Both the position numbers and the translations under genes were made by a program. Shown here in pieces: positions 12,101 to 23,300 of a stretch of 64,000 nt of DNA. The stretch is from Takakia lepidozioides. Taxonomy: Eukaryota > Plantae > Bryophyta. The notes under the pieces are model-generated. The model was given only the letters and a program-made list of their open reading frames with translations, did not search any database and was not told the origin of the DNA. Location: the NCBI GenBank assembly GCA_030704615.1, contig CM060731.1, forward strand, positions 4,960,001 to 5,024,000, read 5' to 3'. Every line of letters starts with the position of its first letter. The stretch's first letter is position 1.

Positions 12101-15100
12101 TAATTCACATGAAAATTGGAGGTGAAAGAGGAAGGGGGAAGTGGTACCCCTAAGCCAGACAAAGAAAACACTTTTTCCACCATTTTCGGCACTACTCCCA
12201 ATTTCTTGTTGCTGAAATGTAGCTCAGCTACCATATATGTATCCTTCTACAAAGCTTGGCCCCCTTTCTATGTCTACCTGCCTAGAAAGCTTCTTCTCTG
12301 CTTGCTTAAGGTACTCAATGTTTCCATAACCAACCTGAATATCAAATCTCAGAATGCCAATTGGATTCTGGTTTTGATTCTGTGAAAATCTGTTATGTTA
12401 CAATAATGTTACAATAATCGTGCTTGGAAGTTTTTGACAAAACATTCCACATGTATTGACAAATTAGACCTCCCTCCCCCCACATGTAAAGTGGAGATTT
12501 GACTATGGACTACATATCGCAAAACTCTTAAATTTAGTCTCAGTCAGAAACTAAGTAATATTACCTCCAACCTTGTTGCATGGCTCTCAGACTGTCTTTC
12601 CTTCGAAATGTTTGTTTCTTGGGCCCCAGGACTCTCTCCCAAGTTCCCCGTTTCCCGTGTTGTTTCCATATGTTCACAAGACAGTTGGTTTACTTGAGAT
12701 TTTTGGGTCTCAGAGTCGAACCGCATGTTAACTCTAAGGTCTGCTTCAGCCAGTCGTCTAGATGACACTTCCTTGTCATGTATCTGGAAAACCTTAGGAT
12801 CCTCCTCTTCCTTGGCCAACACCGCAGCTCCCTGTTCCATGGCCTGCCGACCTCGATCAGAGTTCAGATATGTAACTGCCACCTTGTTACTTTCCTTGCA
12901 GGCTGGAATTCTGACAGGGAAGCTCAGTAATTTCCCTTCCTGGAAGGACAGGTATTGGCAAAAGAGGTCCTCGGAGCTGGTGATGCTTTGGTTGTTTGGA
13001 ACACCTAATCCCCACGCCTGTTGCTGGAAGGCTGACTTCAAGCTTCGCAAAGCAAAGCGCCGATCACACTTGGAGATAGTAAAATGCTGAGAATCCAGAA
13101 GGCCTTCCTTTGTTTCCTGTGGTCCAGCACTGATTGTTTTTTCTCTAGTATCTGTTAGTATTCCCGCCAGATGAGGGGCACTCCCTGGCCTTTCTGCTAG
13201 TGATCCCATACCCTGCTGCAGACAATGGATTTCACCGCCTATCAGCAAGCTGAATGTTGAAGCATACAAGACAGCTTTCAATTCAACAAGAATGGATCAC
13301 GATTTGATGTGTATAAGGTAAACTCTGATATTTATGTATATGAGCAACTAAACAAGAGATGCACCCACAGTGGTCTAACAAAATTCATGCAGATGTTTCC
13401 ACGACCTCTCATGATTCTCTGCAATTCAAAACTACCTTTTCACAAAGAATGGCAGTCGGGGAACAAAAGTCCTGGATAGTAGACAAAGATCTCCTTTCGG
13501 ATTGGGAACCTGCCGCGTGTGTGTAAAGCTCGCCTACTGACAGTTGGTGAGGCTGATGGATTCGGCTCTCCAACCTGAGAGACCAAATTAACTGTAGATA
13601 ACTCATACATCAATTGCACGATATGTATTATGGAGAACAAAAGCTCAACTCCACCAGGCTCCTTAATTGGGAGCATTATGGACTGAGTGCACGCATGAAT
13701 TGTCAACATCCAGGCTAAAGACACATGGGACCTATCTCTGCATCATAACACCTGAACTGTGCTTAACTTCAGACAGTGGCAATATGCACTTGTAGTAAAC
13801 TCTGTGCAGAGGTGATCGATTACCCCCTCAACACCGCAGACAAAAAACTAGAAAATGATATCGCCAACATAGAAAGGTACATACAGGGGTGGCGTCTCCC
13901 AACCAGGCCACAGAAAATTCCCGTCGCTCCCTATGAGCGAACTGCTTCGAAGAGCATGCTTGGAGTGTCCAGAATCTCCTTGTCTGCCCATGTTTGAATG
14001 CTTGAGATTCAACCCAATCTTCTCAAGCTGCTCAATATTTGGATTAATACCTCTAGCCTCTTCCCTTTCATCCTCAACATCAGCCGACTGCAGAAAACTC
14101 TTATCCTCCCTTAGTAGTAGTTGCACATTGCCTCCATCCACACTCCTACCCTTCCTGTCTACACTGCATGTACCTGATAAAGCTTCCTTCTGACAACTTC
14201 CTTCATCTCCTGGCCCTTTCCTTGCAATCTCTTCTCTTTCTGCAAAGCGGTGTGGGGAATAACTTCGGTATATTGAAGACCTATCCACAGATCCTTCACC
14301 GGACAATCTGTCTTCTGTGCGCAGGTGACACTCGTTGTGTATATTACTCAAATCATTTGGAAGTTTGCTGTGCTCCAGCAGATCAGATTCCTCTACCCCT
14401 TCAACTTCCTGTTTCTCATCCATCAGATACAAGGCACTGTTGTTGTCAAACATCTGAGACCAGCACATTAAGATGTGTCCTGCCCATGTGATCACAACTA
14501 GCACATTGATATGTTAGTACCATCAGCCCTAATAGAATTACCTGGAAGGGAAGATTCTGCAAGTCTATTTCAGCCTTGTCGAAGTTACCAAAAAGAAGCT
14601 AATATTTCTACAGACTGTGCCAACCAATTGTTGAAAGACAAACTAGATACCTTGTTGTGTAGGGTATTCATAGCTGATGTGTGCCTGTCCAAGTCTTTCT
14701 CTGAGAGGTTCAGGCCTTGTTCAGTTTGATCCACTACAGAGTCTGACAGACCAGCCAATCCCTCACCCCCATCTTCTACAGAACTGTACCACTGCAGCAC
14801 ACGGGACCCGAAACTCACTCTTTCTAGGGTACCCTTCCCACACTTGTCCAACCGAACAGGGCCATCATCAGGTCCTTTTGCCAAATGTCCCCCCATCGCT
14901 TGGCCATAGACCATTTGATCTTTGAACCCACATTCGGTCTCCTCCCCTACTTCAACACACCCAGCAGAGAGCTCCGTGTCATCGTGCCTTTCGGTGCAGC
15001 AGTTTGTAAAGGCAAGTTGTTCTTGTAAAGGGAAAAACAACCGTTGGGTCCCTCCTTCTTCCAAGTCTATAGCCAGAGCTCCCCCTTCTGAATCTGTAAA

Positions 15101-16715
15101 CAGCACTTGCTCCACTGTTGTAACTGGAAGTTGGGTGGTGTCCTTGCAGTTCATGCTAATCTCTTTGCCATCCCCCTCAGCCACACCAACTCTTTCCTCT
15201 GTGTCTTTCAAACTTAAGGATTCTGCAGGCTCCTCACACCGTACGCTCCCGTTCTCTAACATGCTAGTTTGCACAGCCCTAGGACTGGTTGTGCAATTGG
15301 CAGCCACAAGCCTTCCCCCCTTATAGCCAGATAGTTCCAACTGCTTTTCAGAATTGTGATCCAGTGATGCCAGTGACTCCTGCCTCCTACTATTCTCAGA
15401 GCCACTTTCTACTGCATGTCTTTGTCTGACAGGACTTCTTGCACTGTGAAGGCTTGCCCCAGCAACAGAATGTTGCATACGTTCAATTCTTAACACTCCG
15501 GTCTTCAATGAAATAAAGCTGCAGGCCATCGGACTGTTTGATTGGTCCATCTCCGAAGACCAGCTCAGCTGACTCCCAGACCTGCCCTTATCACTTTCCC
15601 TTTCGTATCTGTCCTTTTCTTGTGTCTCTTCCTCCTCTGCTCCTTCTATCGATCGTTTTGTCTCCCACTCTATGTGGTCCTCAGATTCTAGAAACCTTTC
15701 CCTTGGCCAATTCTTTCGTACATAACAATCATAATGTGTCTCCTGCCCTCTCTTGCTGCCGCATGTGGCTTTCCTCTGCGCAGAAAAGAGGTAGATGCAC
15801 TTTGAACATGTGACACCATATGCATTGGAGAGTTACCTCCCACTTTACCTGCTTCCAATATATGTTTGTTACATTACATTGATACTACCAAATATGCCTT
15901 GTGTGATTGAATTAATTTCAGAAGATCTTTTGTTCATAAGATTGGTAGGAGATTACCTCGTTTTCATCAGACTCTTGCTTATTTTCTGTCCCCTCTCTCT
16001 CAAACAGCTGGATCCGCTGCCGCAAATTGTCCTTTCTCTTGTCCTCCTTATGGCACTTATCAGTCTTGTACCTCCCAGCCTCTCTACCCACCTCCCCTAA
16101 CTCTTCATAATGTTTGCTAGCGTTCCACTGTGACCCCTCCTCTGTCTCGCTCCTTGTCATCTTCCTCCCTGTGGATCTCTCTTTCTCTGTTGTTGTGACT
16201 GCTTCTAATTTTTGTTCTAATGGCAAACCATTACAACTTGTGAGCATATCCACCGGTGAAAGATGTACATTGACTCTCCCTACATACGGGTCCCCTTTTG
16301 GATCCATGCTCTCCTCTTTAACAATCTCACTCTTAGTTTCTGCTGCATCAATCTGACGTCCGGCCCACTTGTCAACCACTGATAAATTGAGTCGCTTTGG
16401 AGGCTCCCAGACCTCTGGAAACATCAAACTCTCCCGCATTTGAGGCATCATTTTCGTCTCTGAGAACAATGATACTGGGACTGGTACTGGTCCTTCATCG
16501 TGGGAGCCCTCATTTAAGGATATTGGCAGAGGGGAAGTGATCCCAGTCGGTTTGGACTTGGCCCTTGACCTCAAACCAGGGGTTCCGTTAGTGTGGGCAC
16601 CACTTGTGAAAGTGAAAACAGTGCCCTCGTATGTGCCATCCCAAAAGCTGGTGGAGTTCTCTAGGGTAGCGTGTGGCTTTTTACCCACTGCATCCCCTTC
16701 TTTTTGCTCCATCAA
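357..16715 (-). CDS. Large multi-exon, mostly low-complexity protein with C-terminal IQ calmodulin-binding motifs; both ends uncertain and may extend past the left edge of the window
   Basis: Chain of long minus-strand ORFs with S/E/Q/P-rich composition, many bounded by AG/GT: ~15956-16715, 14571-15778, ~13850-14455, ~12565-13220, ~10851-11900, ~9890-10680, ~8478-8950, ~7244-7755, 3740-3942, ~1678-1857, ~357-535. Exon ~357-535 encodes IQAATKGSRVRRHL, an exact match to [ILV]Qxxx[RK]Gxxx[RK]xx[FILVWY]. Exon ~1678-1857 encodes AASVIQRAWRALMRR. The full splice path was not resolved. Confidence 0.6.
4030..7140 (-). mobile_element. Nested array of LINE family A fragments, including ORF2 C-terminus and a degenerate RT segment
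   Basis: At least 8 (CATTT)n-tailed 3' ends between 4030 and 5830. ORF 6597-6866 encodes LGRFMVGSHSLRVETG..DRLCPSC..EHYFFHC, a Cys/His C-terminal motif. The minus strand near 7040 reads GVKQGCPLSPTL and near 6915 YADDVVLL, both non-LTR RT motifs. Confidence 0.85.
6104..6248 (-). mobile_element. 145-bp solo LTR (TRIM-like) containing a tRNA-like sequence, inserted in a LINE A fragment
   Basis: Termini TGTTGGA...TCCAACA (TG..CA, 7-bp inverted) with 5-bp TSD AGCTG at 6099-6103 and 6249-6253. The uninterrupted LINE A copy at ~51036-51056 has a single AGCTG (GTGCAAGCTGGACATAGG). Minus strand 6196-6125 folds as a degenerate cloverleaf with A box TAGCTCAGTGG and B box GGTTCAATCC. Confidence 0.8.
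9360..9850 (-). mobile_element. Older, degenerate LINE family A 3'-end fragments
   Basis: Diverged AAGCTCAAAGAGCTTATGGGAC motifs at ~9397, ~9637 and ~9727, plus a degenerate YEDQKCLAAYLH-like peptide (DENQKCLPAYQH) in ORF 9484-9939. Confidence 0.7.
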
Positions 16716-19700
16716 GCAACCTTAGATAGTGTGGAGCTTTCCTGGTCAAAGATATCCGCCAAGCTCTCTTCATTCAAAACCAGATCCGCAAGGAGAGGCT
16801 ACATGTATGTAGCTCATAAGAAGCCCCTGCAGTCAGTCGTCCGCTTACAGAAAATTGTCGGGCTTAAAGCACAACTTTTTGTCAACCAGTTGCATCAACG
16901 AGCACCTCAAGCCTGAAGATCCAACTAATACTTTGGAGAATACTTCAAAACTCCACTCCACCAATGTTACATAGTTATTGAGCACAGTTATTGAGCTCAC
17001 TAGAGGTTTAAATCAGAGATTGCAGGAGTTAACAGAGATTACAGGCCTAAACATGTCTCGGTCATGTAAGCAAGAAAAAGGAACGGAGACAGACAGACGT
17101 CAGGAGAAACTGCGCATTTACACAGAGTGTGAACCGAATGACAGATAACCTCTTGGTCATTGCTGCTACATCACGATTAGCATAACGCAAACTCTCGATC
17201 AAGAAACAACAAGAAATCAAAAGGTAGAAGCAGGAGTGTACTGGGAGGCCATTGTGGTGGGCACTTTGGTGAAGTCTAGAGACAAATACCCTCAATTGGC
17301 AGTCCCTACAGTGAGTATGAGTTGGCCATTGATAGTATCTCTGCTTTAGTGACAAACCACAGCTTTTCCAACTAGAACTCGTGATTCAATCAGTCAAGGA
17401 CGTGGACAGCAGAAGAGAAACCCTAGCTGCAAAGATCGGCGCTTAGGCCCATCAACCTCCTCAACCAACCAGTCTATGTTACACATTTTAATGTGACAAC
17501 TAAGCCTTCCTGCTTCAAGAAGCGACCGGATTCTTGCGACAAGAGGTTGAAATTAATATATGATTCCATTAGGGATATAAAAGCAGGTCATTTCTTCAGG
17601 CGAGTGTCACTCAGGAGATGAGATGAGGGAAAAGAGACGAGGAAGAGACGGACGAGCGCAAGGGTTGCCAGTAGGGAAGATGGGGAAGACAGATCGAACC
17701 GGAGATTGAAGCAATCCAATGACATACCACAGGTGACGCCAACCAACGGCCTCTGTCTACCGGCTCACTACCTTCGCCACATGAACCCCATGCCGCAGAT
17801 GCCAGGGTTCACGGCCATGACTCCAGACACATAAGGGTTTGACAGTTCGAGAGTGAAGACAGCAAGAAGAACAAAAGAAAGAGCGGGAAGACACGTAAAC
17901 GAAATTAACGCGGCGTTCTACGCCAACTGTTTATGCGATGATCAGAGCTTCAACTATCTCCCCACCCATGACTGGCATGCCACCAGATGAAGACAGACTT
18001 GCAGCACACAAGCACACATAGGGTTTCGACAGTTCCAGGGAAGCCAACGAGGGACGTGGTGAAGTGGAAATGGAAAGAAACGGTAGTTGACTCCCAACCT
18101 ACCGTTACTCCGTCCCTGGCCCCGGAGCCGGGACTTGTGTGTGGGCCCGCAGTTTCGTGCTCCCGAATCCTCATGCATGCAAGCCTTTCAACTACCTATT
18201 CTGTTAAGTTTTCACCAAACAGATGTGGTCCGAGGCCGTTAGGTGTGGGGAACAGTGAAAGTAAGGTAGGTTTTGCCAGTATGAGGCTGCATGAGCGGGC
18301 CATCTGAGATTGGATGTGTGCGCACTGCGCACCAGGAAGCTCGGGAGACCAACCTTTGATTGGAAGCCATTCATGCTAAATGGACAACCGGAGATCGGAT
18401 CAGTGTGATGTCATTGGATAGCAAGAACCTACACCCTATCTTTCAGATTTCGGCTGGCTACATGGCAAAAACATTTGGTGTTTGACTAGGTTAGCCGGAG
18501 AGAACTCTCCTGGCTGGTTTGAAGGGAAAATCGAGGTGCCATCCCACCGTCTCATGCCTCAATAAAGATCTCTGACAGCCATCATGATTGTCGTGATAGA
18601 CTTGGGGATAGGTGATAGGTTGACGCAGATATCCGAGACCGACAGTGCATTGACATGCATCCGGAAGGAAGAACTGAGAGCGGTGGCAGCTTCTTACAGG
18701 TGCATACGGTGATATTGTAACAGACTTGAGATAAATATGTCTAGTTGTCATGACCGGCTGCTGATTCTTTGAAGTTCGGCTGAGGCCCTGTGTCTGTGCG
18801 CCACAGCTCGCACCTAGCTGTCAGCACAATCTATCTGTAAAAACTTCATCCATTCTTGAAGTTCCCATTGTCCTGATCTTATGAAAGGAAAGAAAGGGAA
18901 ATGAAAAAGAGATCCATGTCACGAGAGTGAGGACCCAATCGGAGGGGCGAGCACCCCGACTGTCGAACTCCTGTTTGAGATCCAGGATAAGGCAGGTAGT
19001 ACGTACTTGTCCACCCCGTGAAACACTGTTGTTGCCAGCAACTTTTATTACTCTCTCGGATCTCCCCCGAAGTTCGGTTTGAAGAAGAGATGGACCGCTG
19101 TGAATGGAAACTGTGTGCATCATGCAAAATTTCCATCATAAAGTCATCTTCTGTTTGGATAAGAGCTGACACAAAGAGTACCTCACTCCATGCCAAGGAT
19201 ATTCTCCCCGTTGCGCAATCCAAAAGCCAATCTCTGCAGCTTTTCCTGGAAGCAACACAATACACCTAATAGTCAAATGTTTGCAGCGGGTAGGCATCCA
19301 TTCCTTTGGGTGGGTGATTTAGGGTTTGCCGAGTAAAGGAAAACAACATTTCTAGCTTCTCTCGACCTCTGTGCCCAAACGGTGTACCACGAAAAGCTTG
19401 GACAGGCATACGCTCAAATGATTGGGAACAGTGTACTCACAATCAACGAACTTACCTGCCTCTATGTACTATTGTTTTTCCAAGTTATAATACGTCTACC
19501 TAAAAATATGTGGGGACAGGCAAGTATGCAATTCTCGCAATTTGAGTCACAATTCTCACAGGTGATGCTGGGTTCGAATCCTTCTAACTAGTTGTGTGTC
19601 GTGTATAATCTTCTCTTCCCTCTCTGTTTTCCTGTAGAAAAGGAAGGAACGTAGAATAAAATTTGTTCTCGAAAACAAAAAGACGTACCCGATAAATACC

Positions 19701-20348
19701 GGGCCGCCCCCGGCGGATTGTCGGGCGATGGTTTCTAAGGGAGAGGCGGGCCCAGTTCAGGGGGGCTACCTGCTCGCTGGATGGGTAGCACGCCCGAGGC
19801 AGCGTCCCGCCCGCTGCCTCTCTCGGACTGCAATCGCTTGTCGTTTTTGGGCGTGGGTAACGTTCGCTATCGCTCAGGTGGCCGCCTGCGCTGCCAGACT
19901 GTGTGGCCACGAGTTTGGTAGTGGTTGATTTTGTAGAATCCGGCAGGGGGCATTAGGCTCAACTGTTGGTTCGGCAGTTGAGTCTCCCGCGTCCTAGTTT
20001 TGGTGAGAGGTGGGAGAAGAGAGAGCATGCTGTGCGGCTGTGTAGGATAGGATTGGTACGTGCCTTGCCCTGACATTTTTTTCGTAAGGGCGGCTGCGTC
20101 AATTGGAGTTCTTGTGTCTCTTGGTTGACTTGGATATGGTTTGAGGAGTAAGGTGTAAAGAAAGACGGGAAGAAATTCAGTGCGGGCGGGGAAGTAAAAG
20201 TATTTGCCGCAAGGGCAACATTGGTTTTGAGAAAAAGCGTTTTGTTTGTGTTGGTCAATAAAGGCAGCACAAAATTTTGGTAAGATAGAGCGTGTGTGTG
20301 AGAGAGAAAGAGGGTAGAATTAGCGAGGATATAGATGTGGACGTAAAG

Positions 20349-23300
20349 ATGGTGGCCACAAAGCAATTCCCTCCAGTGGATTTGAATCCGAAGGAGAAGA
20401 AAGGTGCCGGCAGTGAAGGCGGACCTGGTTTGATTGAACCTCTGGGGGGCTTCATCTTTGTGTGCAACAATGATACCATGAGCGAAGACTTTGAGCGCCA
20501 TCTTTTTGGTAAATTCTCTTTTTCCTTGAGTAATGCAAGTCTTTGCATTCCATTCTACGTTTTTGTGGCGTGTAGCTGAGCGACATTGGAGTACTTCCGC
20601 TTGTGTAGAAGGAAATGTGCGCAGACAGGGTAGTGAAACTCACAGATTCTTCTAATGAAGTCCTCAACCGATCATTAGTCACTGATATCCACTTCATTTT
20701 TTGTTGTGTGTATAACATCGAGGGCTTCTTCTGCCTGTTATAAATTGGTATCTGATTTTTGAGGAGATTGCATTTGCCATCCGGAAAGTCGGCCTCCAAC
20801 AATTAACTGGGCGTCTGGAATCTCATACAGGGTTATGAGGCGTGGTATTCCGTGTCTCGGATGAATTACCTCCCCCATTTCATTGTTCACAAAGTCTAGG
20901 GCTTTGTCTTCGAGATATATCATTGTAACCAATTTTATTGTCATTATGGAGGCTTGTAAATCTTGGAATAGATAAGGTTCTATCAATTTCAGGTTTAACG
21001 AAGATCAGCAGTTTTTAGTCATTTTGTGCTCCTTGAGGTTTGAGTAGGTGTTTGACACTATCTAGAAATTGGCATGATTTTATTTCTGTTTGTTTTTCAA
21101 ATTCGGAAGGTATATGCTTGCTTGATTGTCTGGTGGTCAGATCTATGCATGATAGTAATTCAATAATCTTTTTGACTCTGAAAGCTTTGGTAAACATTTG
21201 TGGGTTGAGACAGGCAAGCAAGTGGTCTGTACGCATATATAGTGCTTGGTGAAGCGCACTGATGACCTCCTCATATATTATTTTGAATTATTTGGGTTTT
21301 GCCTGGTTTTCCCCTAGCCTTCTATCTACTTTGTCCTTTTAAATTAAAGAGTCCAATGGTCCCCGGTGAATAATGCTAATTTTATTTTGCTATGCCAATG
21401 CAATGTTCATATTCCATTGGCTTCCCAATTGGAGCACTGAAGCATCATATGTTGGTTCTGTGTTTATGTTGAAGAGCTAAGCCTTAGAAATATTTGAGCA
21501 ATACCACGTATGTGATCTTTGGTGGATCTTTCCCCACGCATCAAAACCCCTCCCAGTGTATAACCATGTTTAGCCACACCTCTCTCACAAGAGTTGTAAT
21601 TATCTTGCCCAAAAGTTAGGTTGACTATAGCTGGTCCTGAACACAAATATGAATGAGTGAATATTAATAGCATACCCACCACCCACAGGGGTCAGTACCT
21701 GTGGGGGAAGGTGGTTTATGCTGGCTGGAGTCTTCTCTCTATATAATACCAATACACTAACAATCCATAGATCTGATGGAAAGTTTTTCATTTCCAGTTA
21801 GGGCCTGCCAACAGCATAAACCTCAAGGTGTCCAAGGTTGTGGAATTTCGACCAGCTTGACCACTATGTACAGTTTCAACTAGAACCCGTTGATTAGAAC
21901 CGTCTGACGACAGATTGGCTAGCTGGAGAGCCCTTCCTGTTTGCTGAGGTTGCTGAAGGCTCAGTGAGGCAGTTTTCTGCTAGTTCATAAATCTCCCTCG
22001 CTGAAAAATCTGACGATGATTCTCTGGTCAGGGTATGGGCAGCTCCGGACGATAGTATATGAGCAGTAAACTAGTGACTAGGACACTTTGTATAGTCTGA
22101 AGTGGGTATTGCATTTAATTGCAGGGGTTGTTGCAGAATTTTTGCTTGCAACAAATGCTGTAAGCTCTATTGGTGGAATTTTAGTTCTTTAGATATCAAC
22201 TTGATCTGGTTACAATGTCATATCATATGGAACAATGACACCATCTCTAGGCATGGGTTGCCCAGACTGTGGGCCCTCCTATCTCCTCCATACGCATTAT
22301 GAAGTACAGTGTGTACCGTGTTATGCAGCCACATGTTGTAAAGCTGTGTCAGCTTGGGACCTGTGGCAATTGTGGGCTGAGTTTCCATGCCCTGGAGGGT
22401 AGAAACTCCACAAGTTCCTTCAGGAGTGTTGATATCCTGTTGGTACCCTCATCATCCTATGATGATGAGGGTACATCATCATAGGCGACATCTTGTCTAA
22501 AACTCCATCCTCGCAACCCTTGTCCTAAAAATGGAGCTTACTGAAGCAACCTCCAATTTTAATGCTGAAAAATTACTCACAACTACATCTGGGGTTGACT
22601 AAAACTGATATAGTTTTGTTGGTTAGCTATGGTGCAAGAAAAGTGAAAACTTGGGCTGTACGCACTGAACAGGGGGAAAAACTGAGAAAGGTTGTCTGCA
22701 GCCAGTCTCCCACCGAGGCTATTGTTAGCTATTATCATTCTCATTCTCTTTTGTGCACCACTCCTTGAATAACTACTGTAAATAGTTTACATTACCATCC
22801 TCCTAAATTATGGAGCCCTGTGCGGCCACCGAGTTTTTATTTTTAGCAACAATGGAGCCTGTTATGTCGTGTATTTAAAGTAGTCTTGTAGAATGAACTT
22901 GTCTGCAACTAAACCTTTTTCATCCTACAAATTATAACATTATAAGGAGACCTCCCATCTATCTCCTCCTTTTTCTGCACATACCTACTGGTTTTTTAAA
23001 AGGGTTTCCCCTAAGGAAGGAACAGTTTAGACATCTGCAGCCATCCTTACTTCAGCTGATCTTTGTTGTTCTTCTCTGTGACAGTCCATGGTTAGATTCA
23101 TGGTAACCATCTTCTAAATAGTCAGCAGATACTCCAGAACTCCCACCTATTGCTCTGAAGATTCCCAATTGTGTTAGGATCATGAAATTGTCTGTTCAAT
23201 TCCTTTGGTTTGGTATATCTATTTATGCAAGGGTGTCTCATGTATTTCTCATGCATAGATTATCTGACGGTTCTCACTGACTCATTCCAATGTCCAGGGT

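Noticed and set aside
10383-16916. Plus-strand ORFs overlapping the large minus-strand exons
   Set aside because: Antisense shadows of coding exons with no recognisable motifs.
19540-19590. Isolated B-box-like GGTTCGAATCC
   Set aside because: No A box or cloverleaf can be built around it.
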